A stretch of 64,000 bases of DNA. Source: Laetmonice hystrix. Taxonomy: Eukaryota. The DNA lies in NCBI GenBank assembly GCA_965235115.1, contig OZ249436.1, positions 49,912,001 through 49,976,000 of the forward strand, in the 5' to 3' direction. The notes beneath the pieces are model-generated. The model had not been told where the DNA came from and did no database searches. It was given only the letters and a program-made list of their open reading frames with translations. Below are positions 25,201 through 38,091 of this stretch, piece by piece (the stretch's first letter is position 1; each line of letters starts with the position of its first letter). The translations under genes and the position numbers were made by a program.

Positions 25201-26103
25201 AACCAGTGCTGGGTACGTGGGTCAATATAATTGATTGCTATTGCCATACATAACGCGTACATACCTGTGACGATCGTACGTTTCCTAATGAAGTACGCCT
25301 AGTCTGAGGTACAGATTGAGGTACCGAGGGCGCTCACGAATGTGTCGAGGTTCAGAGTGAGTATTATGTCAACGCTGATCTACAGCTCAATTAATATTAC
25401 ATGTATTAAGACAGTTGAAATAAAAGAAATGGGATGTTTATAAAAAAAATCATTTCCGTCATGTCATAGACTATAGACGTAGGCCAGAGTATATAGTGAC
25501 ATAGGATGGCACCCATAACCATTCATTCATCGCCCCCCCTCCCCAATAACTATTCATTCATGCCCCCCCCCCCCCCGTCTGGAAGCGGCCGTGCGAGACA
25601 AGTCACAACACTGCTCTTCTAGCAGACTGGAGAACTGTCGGCACGAGATGGCCTTTACCAATGATTCAGATTGTAACCTTTTCTCCCGCTGTTTGCCCCC
25701 CCCCCCCTCTCCACCCACCCAGTGTTAAAAAGTCCTTTTGTTGGAGCGTGAAAGGTGAATTATTGTGACGCTACCTGCAAGTATAAAAAGTAAAAACATC
25801 ATATCGACGCTGATGTACGAGTCCTTGCGATTTTTATTTGGAATTTTTCTACAAATACCATGACGGACGCGTGGTTTCCTCTTGGGGCCACTGTAGCCAT
25901 GGCAACACATGGTGAAATACAGTTGTTTAATCTCAATATGATGAACTTGTAAAATCTTCTAGAATTTTATGTAGTTAACATTTTCACACACGTCTCTTTT
26001 CAAAATAATTACAAACAGAACATTGTTAAATTAAAGAAATGAGTCAATGTGGGTCTACGGTTCCTCGCCACATATTGCCGGTAGGCCTACATGTGTATGT
26101 ATA

Positions 26104-26199
26104 TGACGCCCTCTATTGAGAAACAGCAATACTGATATTGACACTGCCACCTAGCGATCATTATAGAAAACTAAAAATACATTTGGCGCCCCCTACTGG
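26104..26199 (-). promoter_or_regulatory. Cluster of three co-oriented CTCF-like motifs
   Basis: Minus strand reads CCAGTAGGGGGCGCCA (26199-26184), CGCTAGGTGGCAG (26156-26144) and CAATAGAGGGCGTCA (26118-26104). Confidence 0.45.
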
Positions 26200-26248
26200 G
26201 GCGGGCAATACTGACGTCGTAACGCAGTGATCATTTCGAAAACGACCT

Positions 26249-27889
26249 TCAAGTTTCTAATGACGTGGTCAATATAATCTGAGATTGTGTCCCGTCCTCG
26301 GGCCTGCTGGTATTTTCTGCATTGTTTGTGTTTCTTTCTTCACAGATTTCTGCCTTGAAAGGGCCACCTGTCATGGTCTCCGAATCTGTTTTTTCATCAA
26401 GCTGACTCCTACTGGTACTTATATCACTTTCTGTTCTCACGTATTGCCCTGTTTCCCCATCAGAAGTAGTGTCTGCTTTGATACCTGCTTCTTTTTTGAC
26501 TGTCTCTTTGGTACTTGTTACCATATCGGACTCCTCTGGTCCGATAGAGTCCTGTAGACTTTCATCTTGCTGCTTGACCTGACTGCCCTGTAAAGCTGAT
26601 AATTCTTGTGTAACAGTACCTGTGTTAGTGTCCTGGATATCTGTCTTTTTGTCATTCACACTGGAAGCTTTGACAGACTGCTTGGCATGCACAACTTCTT
26701 GCATGTTGTACTTACGGAATTTGTTAAAGTCACGGACACAGCTGAAACAGCAGACTGATCGCAGAATATCCAGACTGATGGTAAAGTCAGGGTCAGTCAT
26801 GTTTACAAACAGGTTCGGGTTTAAAGTCTCCATCGTATGACCAAGTACTGGCAGCAGCGTGGTGCGACTGATGGTGTTATTGTTCCGAATTTTAAAATTA
26901 AAACAGTAACTGACTCGTTGACCATTCTCAAAGAAGGGTTCAAGTAACTCCATGGCCACCTTGGAGATACGTTCTTCATTGGCCTTACATGTACCGATGA
27001 CTGGAAGTATACGCATGATGTAACGAGACTTACTGGTCTCAGTTTCATACAGGTCACTGAGGACATTATGCGCAAGGAGACTGGGGTCCTCTATTGTGGT
27101 CTGGATGAAGACACAGTTCTTGGCTCCACTCTCAACAACCTGAAACACAGGTGAAAGTTGTTTGAATGGTTAGAGTTCCTGAAGGAAATAAAATCTGAAG
27201 GTTAGTTTTGTTACACCTGACATTGTACATCTAGATAATATTTCCCCTGAAAAACTACCCAACCAGCAGAATGCATCTAAAGCATTCTCCTTACCTGAAA
27301 TCGTTTGTCTTTTGCCTTCTTTTTCTTCAGCGAGTCAACCTCTTTTTTGAGGGCAGCTTCAATATCCTCTTCACTCTCTTCTCCAGTCTCTTGTGTCTCT
27401 TTTCCAGCTTCCTGAAACATGTCATCCAACTTAAATACCAACACATGTGTAAACAAGTTCATCATCCCACTAACATATTATTGTTAACTGCTATAAGATA
27501 CAATACACTCAAAGATACAAGACCTCCAAGAACGCAGTGAAAGGCCATATTTTTCCACCACCTGATAATTTAGGCCTATTTGTTAAGATTATCTTCACCA
27601 TTCAAAGGTTTTATGTGCAGTTCCAATCTGAAATTATAGAGATGCGGCAGGTGGATTACCATACCTGTTCTGGTCCATAGAGCTGGTCAGCATACTCGGT
27701 AAGCAGGTCGTACGCTTCATTAATCGTCTCCCTTTCCTTGTTGTTGCATGTGATGAGGAACCCCTTCATTCCGACATCCAATTGTCGCCACCAACTCCGT
27801 GCACGTTTCGTGCCTCCACCACTCTTGGCATACATCCACTTCTTCCGCTTTTTCCCCTTGCTGGCATCATTACTTGTTGGCACACTCAT
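26249..27889 (-). CDS. THUMPD1: THUMP domain-containing protein 1 (tRNA ac4C adaptor, Tan1 homologue)
   Basis: Coding exons 27889-27665 (GMKGFLITCNNKERE..EAYDLLTEYADQLYGPE), 27411-27295 (DIEAALKKEV..RFQ) and 27139-26249 (VVESGAKNCVFI..KSRYIMRILPV..KIRNNN..FRKYNMQEV plus acidic tail). Both introns are phase-0 GT-AG. A probable non-coding first exon lies near 28636-28740. Confidence 0.93.
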
Positions 27890-28639
27890 TTTTTCCTGAA
27901 AGAAATTATTACAAATAGGAACCAATCATAAAATTAGAAGGTACCTTTGGCGTGGCATACTGAAACATCTTCAGTTTTTATGGTGAAATGCCAGGGACAG
28001 CACAGCCATCACATGATTGGTTGGACAATTTAATGATGCACATGTTTGCCCCAAATTATCTCCAAATCCTAAATTACTGGTCAGGCAATCATCTGCGCCA
28101 CCCCGAAATGCTCTTGAAAATTTAAGTAGTAACACACTAGTACTAATTTTTTTTTTTTTTTTTTTTTTTTGGGGGGGGGAGTCATAATTACATTAGATTA
28201 TTTAGGCTAGGGGCTACTGGCTATCAGTGGCTATAGCCTAGGCTAGCTTTTGTGAGTCAGTCTTGATTGTGATTTGTGCAAATTGGGGAGGGGGGGGGGG
28301 AGGGGCTACGCGGTTAATAGTGGATGGGTTTCAGAAATTCAGTCAATGAGAGAATTTTACGGTCAGGCGGCCCATGGATCACAGACAGTCCAGCGACAAC
28401 TTGGTCGCGCGCAGTGACCCCTCTGAAAGCGACACCGGTCTCCCCGTCGGTGTGGACGGCTGATGCCCGGCCGCTTGCGCTTAGCCGTACCTTACCCCGG
28501 GCCTTGCTAGAGGTCTACCTGCTTACTACGGAAGGAACACTCGGGCCCATGTGATTGTACTTTGTAGGCCTACTCTACAGACAGAGCCACATGTTTTAAA
28601 ATATCATTTAGATCTACATGAATCCAGATTTTCACCTCC

Positions 28640-28940
28640 TGGCACCCTGCTGAATGCAGACGACGACACCTCTACCGAACTCAAACACCCACCGACCGAC
28701 TGACTCATGCGGAAAACACAAAACACGTGCAAAACGGAAACGGAAATATGTGCGGAATTAATGTGAAGCCCGCCGTTTGAGATGGCTTGACGGCTGGAAT
28801 ATAAATGGATGCTACAAAAAATTATTTCGTCTCATTTGTACAATACCACTTTCCGCATATTAAATTTTTAAATGTTTTAAAAGGATAGATCGAGATCCCG
28901 TTTTCACCTCATTTGCTGCGGATGTACACGCTCCAGTGCA
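28640..28940. promoter_or_regulatory. Bidirectional promoter region THUMPD1/POLDIP3
   Basis: Divergent start codons are ~1.05 kb apart. Clustered CGGAA (ETS-like) motifs at ~28709-28760, and a YY1-like AATGGCGG at the POLDIP3 ATG. Confidence 0.6.
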
Positions 28941-31900
28941 ATGGCGGACCTATCGTTAGATCAGTACATAGCACGGGGGCAAGGAAGTCGCCCTTTGCGG
29001 GGCGGCCTGAGGTAAATTAGTCTTGATATTGATTCCGTATTGAGAGATTTAAGTTATGTGGAAGTTATATATGCCATCAAAGTATTTGCTGCACCTGTAA
29101 ATAGGCGCATCCATCATCCGTTCCCACAAAGACCTGACGCCGTGACGGCATGAATGATGATAAGCGCAGTGGCACCACAGCCACCAGTGCCAATGGACGA
29201 GTGCCGGAGTGGTTATCACTCGTTTGCAAGTTTTGGGGACGCGAAAGATCTATTGAAACGGGCTACCTCTTATTTAATTGGCGCCTTTTAGTCTATTAAC
29301 AACCAATTTGAGCCTAAACTAAAACAAAGCCCTCTACCAACGGCTTTGCCTTTGGCTAAAACTAGCCTGGCCTAACTTGGCTAGGCCTAACCCGGTAACC
29401 GAAACCCTAACCCAAGGCCACATATATTGTTCCATGGGTATTTGGCTAAAAGTACTAGCCTGGCCTAACTTGGCTAGGCCTAACCGAAACCCTAACCCAA
29501 GGCCACATATATATTGTTTCATGGGTATCATCCCGCTAGCCCCCTGCCCGCTAGACAGGGTCGAAGGTGTGAGAAATGTGTGCCGGTGTCGCGGTCTGTT
29601 TTCTCCGCTGGTCTGTAATCTCCGGGTGCATGGTTTCCTATTGTTTAGAGGCCGACCCACACGGGGGTTTATTATGTGGGATTCAATCCAGACCTGAGAT
29701 TTCGGATAGTTTACCGAGAACGATACAAATACACACGACTCTGCAGCCCACCTCCCGGAGATTTCAGACCGCGGAGAAAACAGACCGCGACACCGGTAGC
29801 CCCCAGCTCGGGTGTTCCACTATCAGACACAACCCCCGACATGCGTGGAGAGTCGGGGTGGTCAGCGGTCAGGCATAGACCTAACTAAAATCCAAGCGAC
29901 AAATAATTTAGGGTGTTACTAAATAAAATGACTGATTAGTGATTACGGGTGTTAGTAAATTAAATGGAAGGACTGAAACTGTATCATGGAATTATTTTTC
30001 TCAATTAACATCACCGAAAGGTGCACACAAACAACCACTCTACATGTACCTGAATTATTCTAGGAGCAGTAGGCTATTGTCCATCACATGGCAGAACTTA
30101 GAGCCAGATTATCCATTAGATGCCTACGTTATCCCTACAGGACTTCTAGGACCAGTATTGTTCATCAGATTGCCAACCATTATGGTGTTACTTAGAATCA
30201 GTATTGTCCATCATATGGTCAACCGCCTTCATATAGTCCGCCATCATTCTGTGGCATATCATGTATACTCTAAGCGTATAACTGTTGCAAACGGGAGTCA
30301 ATATTATCATACTTTTTCCTTCTTTTGGGGGCTGGCTGACCTGCCTGCATGTGCAGCATATGAACCGATGTGGATGCCTCCTCTTGGCTGAACAAATCCA
30401 CTATTACATAGAGTTTTGGCTGACAACAAGTCCCGTCGCTGACCCCCGCCTGCCCCCCCCCCCCCCCCCCCACTCCGTCCACGGCTCCACGCCTCAGTGA
30501 AGGTGAGGGGGGGTAGTATCAGGGAGTGGAACAGCCGAGCAGGGGTCTGCCGGCACACATTTCTTACACCTTCGGCCTTGTCTAAACGGGGGGCTGGCAG
30601 GGGTAATCCGTTTTGTGTTGGTAATTACTCAGTTTACATAAAATATACCTCTGCTCTGTTGAAAATGGGTGGTACCCATTACAACAGAACTTTCGCGTCC
30701 TCAAAAGAGTACTAACCATGCCAGAGTGGTAGTGGTCGGCGTATGGGGCCATTCAGCACATAGCTGTGGCTTCCGTGTCAACTGGTGTGTGCACACACAC
30801 CATTGACACCGTATCGGTGAAAAGTACACATTGACTTAGTCAGCATGAGACATTTTGAAAACTGGACCGGTTGTTTTAGCCAATGTAGCCTTTAGTTTTT
30901 AGTATTGTGTAGGGTCAGTAACTTGCAATCTAAAATTTCTGTTAAATAAACACCAAGTACCAGGGACGTGGATCCAGGTCGTTGACAAGGGGCCCTGGGG
31001 GAGCACCAAAGGCCTAATTTACTTTAGATGTGTTGAATAAAAGCGAGTACACTGATGATTTTACTTCTTTCAGATCTAAAATTGTGGTTCAGATCACTGA
31101 ACTTCAGAATGTCAGGACTACCTATGGACCTTCCCAAATTGAGATTTATATTGTAGGGGAAATCTTTGAAATCCGGAGGCCCTGAAACACCATCTCTCAG
31201 ACGAATATTTCTGTGAAAAAGACTTATTGATTGTCATTTTACACGATACTTGAAGTATTATGCGAATTTGATGAAAATATATCTTTCTGGGTTACAATTT
31301 TATTACTTTATTTCCTAAATCCTGCAAAACTAACTGGTATTTTTCACGATGTTTTTGTGGGTTGAATCGGTCTTTGTCAATAGGGAAACTGATAAAGACA
31401 TCCCCACATTATTCACTACGATATCAAAGCTCATTTCATTGGCTATCAGTGGGCATTGTCAGAAAGCTGATCTTCGATTGGCCCAGGGTTGGAATCTCCA
31501 AGGAATGACATATTTCGCTGTGACAAGGAGGTTGAAAAAGGTGGTGCACATGCTTTTGAAGTCAAAATATCAGAATTATTTCCAAACATTGTCTAATCTG
31601 TGTAATTAAACTTTTGATGATTCCAGCCAGAGGCTCGGACCAAAAGGAGGTGGTCGTGGCCGAGGGACTTTCAATCGAGGTCGAGGTGGCAGAGGTGGGA
31701 GCCATATGGTTGGAGGGCGGGGTCAGCAGCAATTCAAGACCCAGTTCAACGTTGTGGGACTGGGCAAGGTACAAGGCTTTGATGCACGCCAGAGGCTCAC
31801 TAACCAGCCAGTAAAAAACGTCCCTGATGCTCGACAGAAGATCCTGCAAAAGACAAAATTTGTGGATGCAAGAAATAGAATAGAAATAAAGAAAGCAACT

Positions 31901-34900
31901 GGACAGGCTATTGATGTCAGGAACAAAATAGAAACAAACAAAGCAAAGAAAGTTGATGCCAGAGAACGAATCAAAGCCCGTCAGAATAACCAAAATGCTA
32001 TGTCTAGAGGAAGTGTGCGGCAGCAAGTTTTAGTGACAGGTCTTGGTCAGACAGCCAACACCAACCCATCCTTCAATGGCCGGTCACAGCAGGCCGGTCA
32101 GCAGATGTACACCAACCAGACCATCGGTGCGCCCCAGGTGGTAGCATCGGCTGCCGGTACATTGAAGAAGACCATAAAAAACAGACCAATAGCAATCACA
32201 CCTATCACTGGCCCCTCGAGTCAACCCAAGGCAGAGCTCACGTCAAACCGACCACTCATTCGCACAGTAAGCACAATATGACTGACCGTGTCTTATCTAT
32301 GGTTAAAATAAATAGGAAGTCGGTAGTGAAATTTGTTGAGAAGAAAAGACTGGTTGTTTATAAGTGAGATTTGATGGTTTGGTTATATGGTTATATGTGA
32401 AAAGACTAGTTATAAGTGAGATTTGAGTCGCATTGTGGTAGGATCTCGGAGTCAGTTTCTCCATTGAATTTACTGAGGTGGAATTGTATCTGTAGTGAAG
32501 TGAGAATCTGCATTAAATTCTGTAAATGGTAATGAAGGTTTGAAGCCCTGTGAGGAAGGAGTGTGAAACCTGAGAGTGTCTGGATTGTTTTTCAGGTAAA
32601 CAATGACATGGCTATGAGGGGAACATTAAACTCCACACAGTCTGGCACAAGAAGCATGATGAGTAAACAGCCACTGAGGAAACCTGGAGGACCAGTCAGA
32701 TCTCAGGTTACAGGTCGGCACCCAGGTGGCGCTGCTAATAATGGGCTTCTCATAACAACTAAAAACAGACAGGCCATGCAGCCTCAAATAGAGGTGAGTC
32801 GACCAAAGTTAAAAAACCCCTTAAATCTATGTAGTTGTCTGTGTAGATGTTGTAGAGAGAAGGTTTGCAGGTTTTTTATTTGTTGCACAGCTAGTGTTTA
32901 ACCCTGAATGTGTTCTGTACAGTATCCATCTAGCAGTGGAAGTGGCATCAGTCTACGTGGTATCCAGTCTCCGTCAGCAGGGCAGTGGTTGGGTACAGAA
33001 TCCAGCATGCGTAGTGCCCCATACCACAGTCACACAGGAACAGCTATCCGGGTGAAGAATGAGTTGTTTGAAGAGGCCCTGGATGATATGGGCACAGAAT
33101 CCAGCATGCGTAGTGCCCCATACTACAGTCACACAGGAACAGCCATACGGGTGAAGAATGATTTGTATGAAGAGGACCAGGAAGATATGGAGCTAGAACC
33201 GGTGCGACGGCAGGTTCCGATGGCCCGGGTGCAGAAGCCCCAGATGATCAGGCTGTCTAAGCCAAAGATTGAAGCAGTTGAGCCATTCCAACCGACCACA
33301 GTCAGAGCAGCCATACAGAGGGCTTCAGCCCAACAAAGTACTGCCAAAAACACGGTAAGTAGTCTATCAGTACAACTGGTGTATCAAAATATTATGTTAT
33401 CATTGAGAAGGCCAGTTTTGTACATTTCATTTTATATCAGGGAACACTGATGTAGTGAACATCAGGGAATGGCCACAATGCCACACTGGTTATAAAGTGG
33501 GACAGATAAAATAAGCATAAATTATCATATTTAGGCACTTCCGAATACAACTTGATTGGTAGTACCGGTAAATGTCATGAAGTCAGTTTCAAGTCGCAAG
33601 ACTGGGTACTGTGGAAACGTTTATCCAGTAAGGAGGCTGAGGTATCAATGGTACCTGAGATATGTACATTTTGTACATCTGTGAAGGGACCATAATAAAC
33701 ACTGGTCTCTTTCAGTGGGAAGATGACGAGGACTATGTGAGTAACTTAGCTATGTTAATTAAAGTAGCTTTGTTTGTCTTGTGCTGGGAGGTTTCCATCA
33801 TTGCTAGCTGTAAAGCATGCTGGTACATCACCCTGTAACTAGGCTTTAAGGCTACCTTGTTGATGTTATGTCATGTCATGTTCAAATAATTCAATTGCTT
33901 ACCACAGGTTAGTTTTTATTAGACAAAGAGTGCAGAGATTCCCTTTCATTTGGCTGCCCCATCTAGTGAAGCGCCCGCATTTGAAAAGCTTTAATGCGAC
34001 CAGTCTATAATTGAACTGTTGAGAAATACAGATGTATTCAGTAAGCTGTATTGTATTTGGATCATCACAAAGAAATTGATCACAGACAATGCTCATGCTT
34101 AATACAACATATTACAAACTCAAAACCTACACTTTTGTTAACACATTGTCAATTTCATGATATTAAGCCATAGTTTGGGATCTGTGTTTTTTTTATGTTT
34201 TAGCATCTTTGCTTTTTTAATATATTGTGTACTGGAAATGTAGACCCAAACTTTGAAAGCATTGTTAGAATTAACATTTTCATCTCTGCTGATGTCATAG
34301 ACAGGACAAAAAATATAAAGTTAAGACTTTGTATTCTCTGGATTTTTTGCATATTCCATATTGTGTTACATATCTGTGTCCCAAGGAAATGTTTCACAGA
34401 CATTTTTACCCTGAGTTGATAAAAGATGATTTATTTTGAAGGGTATTGGACATTTGAATTCCTTTGTTCCTTTTTTCGTACAAAAGTAACGTTTTATTGT
34501 ATACCCCTTTTGCTTAACCTGCCCTGTCTCAGATTTGTCTGACAGTGTTTCTGACACTCACTTTACATTTAACTGGAGTAAGGTTACCCGATTTCGCTCA
34601 AGAGACCTCATATATTTCTGCATCTAAAATACTATGCGAGAGTTGTGAGATAGGTGAAAGTGTAGCACCTTAGGCCCTACCCCATACAGCTTCTCTTGCC
34701 TTATTTATGTATTGTCTCATTCGCCTCCTTTCTCCAAAAATTCATCATCTTTAACCAATTTAGTAATATGCTGTAATATCATATTTAAAAAAAGAAGTTC
34801 TTCATGTTTCACCAAAAAAGGTGACTGGTTTCTTGTTGGAAAGTTATACGTATATATTCTTGTTGTCTGACGCTCAAGTCGGCAAGAATTAGAGAATAGA

Positions 34901-36944
34901 CAGATGAGAAAAGAAAGATGATTTTCCCATGATTTCCCATCAATAGGTGGAAGTGTAATTTAGGATAGGTAAATGTTTTAAAAGGGTTTTCTTAAAGAGC
35001 AGATGAAGCGAAATCTTAAAGCTAATTTTTATTGCATGTGCATTTGTTGCCCAGGTGCCAGTCTCTGACATCGTGAGTCCACTCCAAGGATTCCGTGTCC
35101 TCGTCACCAACCTGCATCCCATCGTGACAGAGGATGATATCGTGGTAAGGGAACTCGGAGGCTTGGCACTCTAATACCTGGTGGATAGTGTGGACTGGGT
35201 TTACCTATCATTATCAGGATTTCCGCCAGAAAATAATTAATGGGGGGGACGGGGGGCCCTCCCCCAGAAATTTTTTTTTCATGAACTCCGGAGATGCGTT
35301 TTCCTGGCCTCTCAGAGCGAGAATAGCTTAAAAAAAACACTGCTCTGCAGATTTATGGGGGGGATATCCCCCTCATGTCCCAATCATGGGGGGGATAAAT
35401 CCCCCCCGTCCCCCCCTCTGGCGGATGCCCTGATTATATAATTTTAGTGGGCAATTTTATTATCACAGGATGGGGAAGGGGTTAGAACATTTATCTAAAC
35501 ATATATTCAGGAGACTGAACACAAGCAGCTAACATGAGATTGCTAGTAACAAACTTCACACTTTACTTCTTTGACCAAACATTGATTACTGGGGTAGTAC
35601 ATGTATGAATAATGATGTATTTGATTAATTTATCATTGTTTGGTTTTCCTCAAAGGTGGTAATAGAGGATAACCGATCTGCCAATCTGGTTTAGAGAAAT
35701 GTTGCACTGTTTCAGGAATTGTTTGGAGCCGTAGGGGCACTGAAGAGGGCCCGACTGATGAAACCAGGAGTGGCAGAAGTAGTGTTTGTGAAAAAAGATG
35801 AAGCTTTGGTGGCCGTCAGAAAGTACCACCTGAGGGAACTTGACGGTAAAAATTGTGTTTCTTTGTCTAATCACTACAGCCTTAATCACTCGTGATAAAC
35901 CTGGGATTTAACAAATTTAATCATTCATTCTACACAACAGTAGCAAGTGATGTATGATGTGCTCTGAAGACAGATATTTACTTAATTTCAGTTCAGAGAG
36001 AGATGTCAGACAGTGTCCATGATCATTGTAGCAACATTTATTATGAGGTGAAAGTCAGCCAGGATAACTCATCCAGGGCAAGGTGATATTGTTTGAGTGT
36101 TGGTATAATTGTTTGTATTACAGGTCAACCAATGCAGCTTGCCCTGTCCAGTCAAACAAGCCCACAGAACGCTCCTGTGAAAGCATCCCCGATCCGAGCC
36201 CCTGCACCAATCCCGACACCCGTGGCCGCGGAGCCACTCTCAGCTACAGGACCTCTCAGGTAAGGAGCAACAGTGAAACACCATTCTGGGGGCAGCATCA
36301 AAACTTTAACAGGGTTTTCATAAAAAGTCATGGAAAATGAAATTTGTTTTTCCAGACTGGGAAAAGTCATGGAAAATAGAAAAACGAGGACGAGTCATGG
36401 AAAAGTCATGGAATTTGAAATTTCGTTTTGAACCGTTTGAACCACATTTCAGTTTCTGCATGTTAGGTCTAAATTGTAGAGTTCCACGACTTACTATATA
36501 GGGAACAATCCTGGGATTTTCATGTACATGTATTTTGTTAATTTTATCCGGAATTGGTCATGGAATTTGGGGGTTTTGGCCTGGAAAAGTCATGGAGAAG
36601 TCATGAAATTTGAGTATATATACGCCAACCTGTGGGAACCCTGTTTAATTCAAAGGTACTTCTGTGGTCCTGTAAATGAAATATATGCCTCTAACATCAC
36701 GGTTGTAATAGACTGCATACTAATATGTCCAGTCTCAATTAAGCTTGGAATGACCAGCATTTATTTGTTTTTGTGTTTCAGGTTAGGAAAGCCAACCAGT
36801 ACAAACACTTTGATGGAAACTCAGACAAAGAAGTCAGTGGAGACTGGGATGATTGATCCAGGACTAATTCACAAAGCCCTGTTCAGAGGGTCGGTCAAGG
36901 ATGATGGCCCAAACCGGCCTGTCACCTTCACAGTGAAAATATGA
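28941..36944 (+). CDS. POLDIP3: Polymerase delta-interacting protein 3 (SKAR), RRM-containing TREX/EJC-associated factor
   Basis: Exons 28941-29011 (MADLSLDQYI), 31627-32266 (RGG tract, DARQ/DARN/DARE repeats), 32596-32793, 32923-33354, candidate 33716-33736, 35055-35144 (SPLQGFRVLVTNLHPIVTEDDIV), 35716-35845 (ELFGAVGALKRARL..GVAEVVFVKKD), 36124-36259 (GQPMQ), 36782-36944 (IHKALF..PVTFTVKI*). All phases are compatible. Confidence 0.93.
29345..29527. repeat. Tandem duplication of ~92 bp containing CCTAAC motifs
   Basis: TTTGGCTAAAA..CTAGCCTGGCCTAACTTGGCTAGGCCTAACC..CCCTAACCCAAGGCCACATATA..CATGGGTA occurs twice. Confidence 0.8.
29531..30603. mobile_element. Non-autonomous TIR element with an internal inverted repeat (POLDIP3 intron 1)
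   Basis: Imperfect ~55-bp TIR (TAGACAGGGTCGAAGGTGTGAGAAATGTGTGCCGG versus CCGGCACACATTTCTTACACCTTCGGCCTTGTCTA). Inner inverted pair at ~29583-29626 and ~29753-29796. TSD not resolved. Confidence 0.7.
35215..35432. mobile_element. MITE with 5-bp TSD (hAT5-like)
   Basis: ATTAT|CAGGATTTCCGCCAGA...TCTGGCGGATGCCCTG|ATTAT. Confidence 0.8.
36310..36643. mobile_element. MITE with 5-bp TSD (hAT5-like)
   Basis: TTTAA|CAGGGTT...AACCCTG|TTTAA, with internal AAGTCATGGAA repeats. Confidence 0.78.
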
Positions 36945-38091
36945 GCTAGAATCGGTTCCAATGTGTTGGCATGCATGTCATGGTAGGGTAGGGTGAACAG
37001 AACTGACGTTAATATGAGTGTGTCTCCCAGTGTGTGATGGCGCGATCCATGAGGGTTATGTACCTCCAATACAGATGGTTAAAATTCATCTTTTTCATGT
37101 CCTGATCGTTCCATTACATTGGATTGATTGATAAATGACAAGAAGGTAACGGCGATATCCTGCGTTGCCAGCGAAAGGTGATGCCCCCTATCGGAAGTGA
37201 AAGAAACTATTTCTGTACAGTAGTGACACCGTGTGGCCTGTACCGGTATCATAAACGTGTACTCGTCTTAGTATGTAAAACGGTGAAAGTCTCAGCATCA
37301 TGCGCTTTGTCGTAGCAGCTCACAACTTTGATAACTAGAGCATGTGTTCTGGTTTGGTTGATTTTCTGGGCCCATAGTCCTGGTTACTTGCGTTATCCAA
37401 ACGCGTTATGCAAACGCGTCTGCTGTAAGCTAGGCTGTTGTGAGTTTAAGGTAAAGTTCGTCTTTCTTGTCTGAATTAAACTCTTTGCTGACCTACATAC
37501 TTTTTATGATTATGTATTATAGTTCATTTACTTAGATTTACCTTTTTATGGTATTTTTGTATCAGCCGTTTTCTTTCCTTTCAAGATTTTAAAAAGTATC
37601 GGATAAAGCCAGACGTCTAGACAAAATCAAAATATTTCCCTGAATACATCTCGCAATGCCTTTGATTCAGTTTACATACATGTACAGACTGTACTTAGGT
37701 TCTGCTCTGCAATAAAATGGTGATGAGAGCGAAATGCGCGTTTTCAACCTTCGACAAAGTCTAGAAATCCTGTTATGAAAACAAGCATATTAACTTAGTC
37801 TTTGTCACTCTATGTTCTTGGAATATATAAAAAGTTTGAAACATTATAACAGTGTCTCTTGTTCCAAACAGTGTTGGATAAATATAAGTTCAAGAAAAAT
37901 GTGACTAAACTAAAAAAAATATTGGTATCTTGGTCATAAATTTTTTTTGGAAAGTTCAGGCAGATAAGGCATGATATGATTATAGTATTAAAGGCCCACT
38001 GTATACTTTGAACGCCGCGTCAAAGCGAGTGGCGCCCCCTGGATATTCGTCCCAAGTTGGTTATTAAAGCCATTCCCCATTATCTCTGATA

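Noticed and set aside
29385..29500. Interstitial telomere (CCCTAA)
   Set aside because: Only isolated CCTAAC motifs inside a 92-bp duplication, more like a repeat-element remnant.
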